Below, piece after piece: positions 57,837 to 64,000 of a DNA stretch of 64,000 nt (position 1 is its first letter; each line of letters begins with the position of its first letter). Source of the stretch: an uncultured bacterium (lineage in GTDB: Bacteria > Bacillota_I > Bacilli_A > RFN20 > CAG-826). Under the pieces are notes generated by a model. That model was not told the origin of the DNA. It saw only the letters and a program-made list of their open reading frames with translations, and ran no database searches. The stretch spans positions 132,473-196,472 of the forward strand of contig CASFTG010000003.1 in NCBI GenBank assembly GCA_949297805.1, given 5' to 3'. A program made the translations under genes and the position numbers.

Positions 57837-58049
57837 ATGAAGGGAACAGTCAAGATGTTCAACAAAGAGAAGGGCTACGGTTTCATCCACGCCGAAGATA
57901 ACCGTGACTACTTCTTCCACTACTCCGCCCTTATCATGGACGAACCCGATGCTTACAAGATCGCCGACAAAGGCGAGCACGTCGAGTTCGATGTCCAAGA
58001 GTCGGAACGTGGGCCGCGCGCGGCGAACGTTAAGAAAATCGCTGAATAA
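57837..58049 (+). CDS. Cold-shock protein (CspA family)
   Basis: MKGTVKMFNKEKGYGFI (RNP1-like) and FFHYSAL (RNP2). 70 aa. I chose the ATG at 57837 (AGGAAGG RBS) over the longer ORF-track start. Confidence 0.85.
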   Translation: MKGTVKMFNKEKGYGFIHAEDNRDYFFHYSALIMDEPDAYKIADKGEHVEFDVQESERGPRAANVKKIAE

Positions 58050-58069
58050 AAGCCGGTAGCGCACTTCTG

Positions 58070-58100
58070 AGCCTTACCTAACCGTAAGGCTTTTCTTTTT
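58070..58100 (+). terminator. Rho-independent terminator after csp
   Basis: GCCTTAC-CTAACC-GTAAGGC followed by TTTTCTTTTT. Confidence 0.6.
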
Positions 58101-58161
58101 CCTCTAGTGTTTACACTAGAAAGTGGTTAGAATTGCTTCGCTTTATCCGAGGTCTGTTGTT

Positions 58162-59274
58162 ATGCCATTAAAAGCCGGTATCGTCGGATTGCCCAACGTC
58201 GGCAAGTCGACCCTATTCAATGCCATCACCAATTCCCATGTCGAGGCGGCTAATTATCCATTCGCCACCATCAAGCCCAATACCGGGGTCGTCATCGTCC
58301 CCGATGAACGGCTGGATTTCCTAACCGATCTTTTCCATCCCCAGCGTAAGATCAACGCCACTTTCGAGTTCTATGACATCGCCGGCCTAGTCAAAGGGGC
58401 GAGCAAAGGGGAAGGCTTAGGCAACCAATTCCTCGCCGCCATCCGCGAGTCCGATGCCATCTGCGAGGTGGTCCGCTGCTTTGAGAACGATGAGGTCATC
58501 CACGTTGAAAATTCAGTCGATCCGGCCCGCGACATCGAGACCATCGACCTGGAATTGGCCATGGCGGACTTAGACACCGTCACCAACCGGATCGCCAAAC
58601 AAGGCATTAAAGCCCGGGTGGCCCATGACAAGGAAGCGGCCTATGAGATGGCGATCCTTGAGCCATTACAGAAGATCCTTAGCGATGGCCGGCCGGCTCG
58701 GCTATGCAAAGAACTATCCGAAGAGCAGATCGAGTATGCCCGGAAGAAGTTCTTCCTGCTGACTTTGAAACCTATCATCTACGTTGCCAACGTCGCTGAC
58801 TCCGATTATATGGATCTCGCTTCCTGCGCCCATTATCAAACGGTTAAGCGAATCGCCGAAAGCCAAGGGGCCCAATGCATCCCGGTCAGCTGCGAAATCG
58901 AATACGAGATCTCCCAGATTCAAGACCCGGTCGAACGGAAAGAATTCCTTGATACCCTTGGGGCTAAGGAGTCAGGTCTCGATAAGTTGGTCAAGGCTTG
59001 CTATAAGCTCTTGAACCTCTCGACCTTCTTCACCTGCGGGACCGATGAATGCCGGGCTTGGACCTTCCATAATGGGATGACCGCCCCTGAATGCGCCGGC
59101 ATCATCCATACCGACTTCCAAAAAGGCTTCATCAAAGCCGAGGTCTATGATTTCGAGGATTTGAAAGAACTCGGTTCGGAAGTGGCCGTGAAGGAAGCTG
59201 GCAAACTCCGAATGGAAGGGAAGGATTACCGGATGAAAGACGGCGACTGCGTCTTCTTCCGCTTCAACGTATGA
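58162..59274 (+). CDS. ychF: Ribosome-binding ATPase YchF (Obg family)
   Basis: [14 protein letters not shown]1 motif. TGS domain at the C-terminus. Confidence 0.9.
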   Translation: MPLKAGIVGLPNVGKSTLFNAITNSHVEAANYPFATIKPNTGVVIVPDERLDFLTDLFHPQRKINATFEFYDIAGLVKGASKGEGLGNQFLAAIRESDAICEVVRCFENDEVIHVENSVDPARDIETIDLELAMADLDTVTNRIAKQGIKARVAHDKEAAYEMAILEPLQKILSDGRPARLCKELSEEQIEYARKKFFLLTLKPIIYVANVADSDYMDLASCAHYQTVKRIAESQGAQCIPVSCEIEYEISQIQDPVERKEFLDTLGAKESGLDKLVKACYKLLNLSTFFTCGTDECRAWTFHNGMTAPECAGIIHTDFQKGFIKAEVYDFEDLKELGSEVAVKEAGKLRMEGKDYRMKDGDCVFFRFNV

Positions 59275-59762
59275 GCCAGTTCCGCCTCGGCTATGGGGAA
59301 GACATCCATCGGCTGGTCGAGGGGCGAAAGTTAATCCTCGGCGGGATCGAGATCCCCTTCGAAAAGGGCTTGCTTGGCCATAGCGACGCCGATTGTCTCC
59401 TTCATGCCTTAATGGATTCGTTGCTCGGGGCGTTAGCCCTTGGCGATATCGGGCTCTATTTCCCGCCCGATGACCCTGAGTATGAAGGGGCTGATTCCAC
59501 CAAATTATTGGCCAAAGTCAAATCCTTGGTCGATGATTCGAATTACGCGATCAGCAACGTCGACTTATTGCTCTTCGCCGAGCAACCGAAACTCAAACCT
59601 TATCGGGAGAGCATCCGATCCAATATTGCTAACCTCCTTGACCTCGATATCAGCCAAGTTGGCTTCCAGGCTATGAGTAACGAAGGGCTTGACGCAGTGG
59701 GGCGAGGCGAAGCCATCCGCGCGGTCAGCACCGTCTTGCTGGAAAGGAAAGAAAATGAATAA
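59271..59762 (+). CDS. ispF: 2-C-methyl-D-erythritol 2,4-cyclodiphosphate synthase (MEP pathway)
   Basis: GYGEDIHRL and GHSDADCLLHA motifs. 163 aa. Confidence 0.9.
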   Translation: MSQFRLGYGEDIHRLVEGRKLILGGIEIPFEKGLLGHSDADCLLHALMDSLLGALALGDIGLYFPPDDPEYEGADSTKLLAKVKSLVDDSNYAISNVDLLLFAEQPKLKPYRESIRSNIANLLDLDISQVGFQAMSNEGLDAVGRGEAIRAVSTVLLERKENE

Positions 59763-61377
59763 CCAGGATTCCTTGAAACAATCGCTCATTGAGGTCCTCG
59801 CTTCCTATGGGCTTTCGCTAACTAATGAGGACATCGTCATTGAGACGAGCAAAGACCCGAGCCATGGCGACTATTCGACCAACGCCGCCTTGAAGTTTGC
59901 TAAGCGGCTTGGCAAGACCCCCCGAGACTTGGCTTTAGCCCTTCAAGAAGGACTCCATAATCCTAACGTCGACCATATCGAAGTGGCCGGCCCCGGCTTC
60001 ATCAACTTCTTTATGAAGAAAGACGCCCTCCAAGGGATCATCAAGAAGATCTTCGATGAAGGCGATCAGTACGGACGCAGCCCGCGCAACGGAAAGAAGA
60101 TCGATGTCGAGTTCGTCTCGGCCAACCCGACCGGCGACCTCCACCTTGGCCATACCCGGATCGCGGTGGTCGGCGACGTCATCTCCAATCTCTTGGATTG
60201 GGCTGGCTTTGACGTGACCCGCGAATACTATCTTAACGACTGCGGCAACCAGGTCGAACACCTTGGGCATTCGATCCGCGGCCGTTACCACGAACTGTTT
60301 GGCGAACCGTTGGAACTCGACGAAGACGATTACCATGGGACTGACCTAATCAAGATCGCCCAGTCGATCAAGGATCAATATGGCGATAAATACCTCGTCG
60401 ATACCCCGGAATCGCATGACTTCTTCATCCATTATGGCATCGAGGCTGAGCTTGACAAGATCAAAAAGGATTTAGCCGATTTTCAAGTCCGCTTCGACGT
60501 CTTCTCTTATGAATCGAACATCCGTAAGGGCAATACCATTGAGAAGACGATGGCGGAACTCGCCCCCTATATTTATGAGAAAGACGGGGCCAAATACCTC
60601 AAGACCAGCGAGTTCTTAGACGATAAGGACCGGCCGATCGTCAAAAGCAATGGGCAGTATACCTACTTCATGCCGGATATCTGCTATCACTATGACAAGA
60701 TGAGCCGGGGATTTGATTTGCTGATCGATGTCTTAGGGGCTGATCATCACGGTTACATCAACCGGATGAAATCGGCCTTGATGATGAAAGGCTATCCCGC
60801 TTCTTGCCTCGAAGTCGAATTGGTCCAAGTCGTTAGGACTTTCCGCGACGGGGAGGAAGTAAGGATGAGCAAACGGACCGGCAAAGCTATCACCCATCGG
60901 GAGTTGGTGGCCGAAGTCGGCAAAGACGCCGTCCGTTACCTCTTCGCCGAGCGGAGCCAATCCTCCCATCTCGACTTCGATTACAATCTTGCGATGGATC
61001 AAAGCTCGGCCAACCCGGTCTTCTATGCTCAATATGCCCATGCCCGTTGCTGCTCCTTGCTTAGCTTAGGCGGGGACATCGCGATCGATGAAACCGGCAA
61101 AGGGCTCGATAACGAGCAGGAAGCGGCCATCCTTAAGCACTTGGCCTCCTTCCCGACGAGCTTAGTGAGCTTCGCCGAGGAACGGGCGCCCCATAAGCTC
61201 TGCGCCTATATCCACAAACTGGCCGAACTCATCCACGAATATTACGCCAAGACGCGGATTATCGATCGGAGCAACATTTCGTTGACTTCCTCCCATCTTG
61301 CGCTTATAAAAGCCTGTGAGATCGTTCTGAAGAACGCCCTCTCCCTCCTCGGCGTATCCGCCCCGAGCAAAATGTGA
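59755..61377 (+). CDS. argS: Arginine--tRNA ligase
   Basis: HIGH-class motif region (ANPTGDLHLGH), MSKRTG (KMSKS-like). 540 aa from the ATG at 59755. Confidence 0.9.
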   Translation: MNNQDSLKQSLIEVLASYGLSLTNEDIVIETSKDPSHGDYSTNAALKFAKRLGKTPRDLALALQEGLHNPNVDHIEVAGPGFINFFMKKDALQGIIKKIFDEGDQYGRSPRNGKKIDVEFVSANPTGDLHLGHTRIAVVGDVISNLLDWAGFDVTREYYLNDCGNQVEHLGHSIRGRYHELFGEPLELDEDDYHGTDLIKIAQSIKDQYGDKYLVDTPESHDFFIHYGIEAELDKIKKDLADFQVRFDVFSYESNIRKGNTIEKTMAELAPYIYEKDGAKYLKTSEFLDDKDRPIVKSNGQYTYFMPDICYHYDKMSRGFDLLIDVLGADHHGYINRMKSALMMKGYPASCLEVELVQVVRTFRDGEEVRMSKRTGKAITHRELVAEVGKDAVRYLFAERSQSSHLDFDYNLAMDQSSANPVFYAQYAHARCCSLLSLGGDIAIDETGKGLDNEQEAAILKHLASFPTSLVSFAEERAPHKLCAYIHKLAELIHEYYAKTRIIDRSNISLTSSHLALIKACEIVLKNALSLLGVSAPSKM

Positions 61378-61402
61378 TTTATCAGGAGATAACAATAAAA
61401 CC

Positions 61403-61834
61403 ATGAACGACAAAATTTCCATGATTGAGGCCGCGACGGAGATCATCACCGCCGCCTCGGAGCCGATGAAATTCGCCGACCTTTGGCAGAAGGTCAAGGA
61501 AGCCTGCGCCATCAGCGCCGACGAAGAAGCTTCCCGGATCGGCCATTTCTACACCGACCTCTCCCTTTCTGGCAACTTGCTTTGCTTAGCCAACAACACC
61601 TGGGACCTCAAATCCCGTCATAAGTATTCGCCTGATGATGTCAGCGAGGTCTACCAGGATATGGAAGAAAGCGCCGATCTCTCGGAAACCGACATCAAGG
61701 AAAACGAGGACTACGACAAATCGGTCGGCGGCCAACCCACGACCCAAAGCAGCGACTGGGATTCCCCCGACGAAGCGGAGGAGAAGGGCGAAGGCGACTT
61801 CAATTCCTATTCTTCCGAACAAAACAACGAATAA
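61403..61834 (+). CDS. rpoE: RNA polymerase delta subunit (HARE-HTH N-domain + acidic tail)
   Basis: N-terminus MIEAATEIITAASEPMKFADLWQKV. The C-terminal half is strongly acidic (DEE.. ENEDYD.. DEAEE). Confidence 0.8.
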   Translation: MNDKISMIEAATEIITAASEPMKFADLWQKVKEACAISADEEASRIGHFYTDLSLSGNLLCLANNTWDLKSRHKYSPDDVSEVYQDMEESADLSETDIKENEDYDKSVGGQPTTQSSDWDSPDEAEEKGEGDFNSYSSEQNNE

Positions 61835-61848
61835 GCTTGCCTCTAGGA

Positions 61849-61880
61849 AAATTTCGGCTCTATGAGCCGATTTTTTCTTT
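61849..61880 (+). terminator. Rho-independent terminator after rpoE
   Basis: AAAAT-TCGGCTC-TAT-GAGCCGA-TTTTTTC. Confidence 0.65.
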
Positions 61881-61924
61881 CTTTGCATTCCTTTTAACTG
61901 GTTGCTATAGTTATCGGCTTCCCT

Positions 61925-62896
61925 ATGCAGAAGTACCGAGAACTATTCGACATAATCGCTTCCTACCCTCGAATCGCCATCTACGGGCATAGCCTGCCCG
62001 ATGGGGATTGCTACGGCTGCCAGATCGGTTTACGGGACGTTTTACAAAAAGCTTTTCCCAACAAGGAAATCTTTGCAATCGGAACGGGAATCCCGCAGTT
62101 CTTTGATTATTTTGGCGAAATGGATCTGGTTCCCGATGAGAAATTGAAGGGTTCTTTAGGCATCTTGGTTGATGTTTCGTGCTTACGCCGGGTGGAAAAG
62201 GAATCGGTTAATCTCTGCGCCACTTGGATTAAGTTCGACCACCATACCCCGCACGAGAACGAGTCCTTTCCCTACCCGATGGCCTTAGAGCCGGAACGAG
62301 TATCCTGTGCCGAGGTGGTGGTTGATTTCTGCCTCGACAACAAACTGTATATCCCGCCTTCTTCCGCCGCGGCCTTTTATCTTGGGATCTTAACCGACTC
62401 CGGCCATTTCGCTTTCCATGGGACCACCCAGCATACTCTTTACCTCGCGAGCCTGCTCATCCGGCAGGGGATCGATCCGAAGAAAATCATCGATCTCGCT
62501 TTCTATCAGCCGCCCGAGGTCAAAAAGTATATCCTTTACCTAAAGAAAAACGCTCAGTTCAATAACGGGGTCACCTACGCTTATATGAAACCGGAGGATT
62601 GGGAACAATTCGGGATATCCTTCAAGCAAGCGGGGGATCTGGTCAATAGCCTTGCCGGGGTTTATCGATGCAAGGTCTATTGCCTTTTCACCGAGGATAA
62701 GAATGGGGTGGTCCGGGTCGAGTTACGGTCGAATCAAAATTATGAGGTTCAGCCGATTGCCGCCAGCTTTGGCGGCGGGGGTCATCGCTTTGCCGCCGGG
62801 ATCGATTATGATCATAGCCAAGATTGCCCAACCCAGGCGATAATCGATGCCTGCGCTGCCGCTTCCTTATATAATGGGAAGCCGGAGGAACTTTGA
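61925..62896 (+). CDS. nrnA: DHH/DHHA1 phosphoesterase, NrnA-like (oligoribonuclease/pAp phosphatase)
   Basis: GHSLPDGDCYG (DXD), FDHH (DHH), and GGGH in the DHHA1 region. Confidence 0.8.
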   Translation: MQKYRELFDIIASYPRIAIYGHSLPDGDCYGCQIGLRDVLQKAFPNKEIFAIGTGIPQFFDYFGEMDLVPDEKLKGSLGILVDVSCLRRVEKESVNLCATWIKFDHHTPHENESFPYPMALEPERVSCAEVVVDFCLDNKLYIPPSSAAAFYLGILTDSGHFAFHGTTQHTLYLASLLIRQGIDPKKIIDLAFYQPPEVKKYILYLKKNAQFNNGVTYAYMKPEDWEQFGISFKQAGDLVNSLAGVYRCKVYCLFTEDKNGVVRVELRSNQNYEVQPIAASFGGGGHRFAAGIDYDHSQDCPTQAIIDACAAASLYNGKPEEL

Positions 62897-62898
62897 TT

Positions 62899-63687
62899 AT
62901 GTACGAAGAGCATTTAGCCGCCATCAAGGAAGCCTTGCCCCATAGCCGAGAGTTGATCCTTTCGATTTACCATACCGATTTCGCGGTCGAGATCAAAGAC
63001 GATGACTCGCCGGTCACCAAGGCCGATAAAGCCAACGATGCCTACTTACGGGAATTCCTTTCCAAGCGGTTCCCCGACATCGGCTTTTTAACTGAAGAAA
63101 GCATGGATACCAAACAACGGCTGCACCAAAAAGCTATCTGGATCATCGATCCAGTCGATGGGACAAGCGAATTCGTCCATCGAACTGATGAATTCACTGT
63201 TAATATCGCCCTTTGTGTTGATCACGAAATCGTTTTAGGGATCATTTATGCCCCGGTTCCCAACCGGCTTTACTATGCCATCAAAGGGCAAGGGGCTTAT
63301 GTTGAGCAAGGCTTCAAAAACCCGGTTCGCCTCCATGTAAGCGACAAAGACAGCGGCTTGAAAGCCATGCGCTCCATTTCCCATTTCAATGAGAAAGAAA
63401 AAGCCTTCATGGAACGGAATAAGGCGAAGTTCATGGGTGAGGCGACTCCGGTTGGGGCGGCCTTGAAGTTCGCCTATCTCGCGGAAGGTAAGTTCGATTT
63501 CTATATTCGGATTTCCGGCGGGACCAAGAAATGGGACGTCGCCTCAGGCGATTTGATCCTGAGCGAAGCCGGCGGGGTCATGGTTGAGCCGAGCGGGGCC
63601 CATCTAACCTATAACCGGGAAGACGTCTATAACCGAAATGGTTACGTGATGGCCAATAAGGAAAGCAACTTATTGCTTGGGAAGTGA
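62899..63687 (+). CDS. Inositol-monophosphatase-family protein (CysQ-like 3'(2'),5'-bisphosphate nucleotidase candidate)
   Basis: WIIDPVDGTSEF metal-binding motif, WDVASGDLIL. I chose the ATG at 62899 (GGAGGA RBS 8 nt upstream) over the TTG at 62893. Confidence 0.75.
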   Translation: MYEEHLAAIKEALPHSRELILSIYHTDFAVEIKDDDSPVTKADKANDAYLREFLSKRFPDIGFLTEESMDTKQRLHQKAIWIIDPVDGTSEFVHRTDEFTVNIALCVDHEIVLGIIYAPVPNRLYYAIKGQGAYVEQGFKNPVRLHVSDKDSGLKAMRSISHFNEKEKAFMERNKAKFMGEATPVGAALKFAYLAEGKFDFYIRISGGTKKWDVASGDLILSEAGGVMVEPSGAHLTYNREDVYNRNGYVMANKESNLLLGK

Positions 63688-63984
63688 GTTGCTCGCTTCC
63701 TTTTTCTTTAGATAGGCTTCCATTAAGTCGGCCGGGACGTCATTGGCTTTGACTGCCATGACGCCGGGGACTTCCTCCATGACGATAATCTCAACTCCGG
63801 TCGAGATGTCGTCATTGGCTAAAGCGCAGCCCTCGCAGGCCCCGACCATCGCTACATAGGCGATCCCGTCGCGGAACCCGATATATTCGATATCGCCTCC
63901 ATCCCGGCGGAGGAAGGGACGGATTTTATCCAAGGTCGCCTGAATGGCTTTTTCGGTGTCTTCGGTATTCATAACGGAGGGCAT
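63670..63984 (-). CDS. NifU C-terminal-domain (Nfu-like) Fe-S carrier protein
   Basis: GGDIEYIGFRDGIAYVAMVGACEGC (CxxC). The start is uncertain: ATG at 63984 or 63972, neither with a clear SD. Confidence 0.65.
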   Translation of the reverse strand: MPSVMNTEDTEKAIQATLDKIRPFLRRDGGDIEYIGFRDGIAYVAMVGACEGCALANDDISTGVEIIVMEEVPGVMAVKANDVPADLMEAYLKKKEASNSLPKQ

Positions 63985-64000
63985 TTTAGGAGGCTCGATT

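Overview
This is a 64 kb, roughly 55% GC chromosomal segment. It is tightly packed and coded mostly on the + strand. I could not name the organism, but the gene order is Bacillus-like and points to a Firmicute: pgsA-cinA-recA, then rny-ymdB-miaB-miaA, plus cmk-der-hup, gpsB/recU, sufCDSUB, the RNA polymerase delta subunit and a class-B RNase P RNA.

The window contains:
- **1-14.8 kb:** a glycoside/L-rhamnose utilisation locus (two GH3 β-glucosidases, one with reversed domain order; a GPH transporter with a long coiled-coil tail; a GH78 α-L-rhamnosidase; rhaB-rhaA-rhaD; an SDR) with a divergent regulator.
- **15-25 kb:** accessory-looking genes (DUF4886 hydrolase, a TetR regulator, a lysyl-phosphatidylglycerol (LPG)-synthase-like TM protein (UPF0104) plus a GT4 glycolipid synthase, recX, yhaM, a HIT protein, two large tandem lipoproteins, a zinc-ribbon membrane protein).
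- **25.8-34.6 kb:** sufC-D-S-U-B running straight into mnmG-rsmG-parA-parB.
- **34.6-35.5 kb:** an FMN riboswitch in front of an ECF riboflavin S-component (ribU).
- **35.5-47 kb:** housekeeping genes (ferredoxin, cmk, der, hup, a truncated CCA-like nucleotidyltransferase, dnaD, nth, recU, a DEDDh exonuclease, gpsB, rnpB RNA, pgsA, cinA-C, recA, rny, ymdB).
- **47.7-52.9 kb:** miaB carrying a fused C-terminal YmcA/YlbF (RicA)-like domain, then miaA, tcdA, fhs and a DUF951 protein.
- **52.9-57.8 kb:** two tandem MacB-type fused ABC ATPase/FtsX permeases.
- **57.8-64 kb:** csp, ychF, ispF, argS, rpoE (delta subunit), nrnA, a CysQ/IMPase-family protein and an Nfu-like protein.

I saw no CRISPR array, tRNA, rRNA or obvious mobile element. 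The most noteworthy items are the MiaB-RicA fusion sitting next to rny-ymdB, the MacB-like pair, the head-only CCA-like gene, the transporter with a coiled-coil tail, and the riboswitch and rnpB RNA.

Every call rests on reading the supplied translations and the sequence by eye. No database search was possible.
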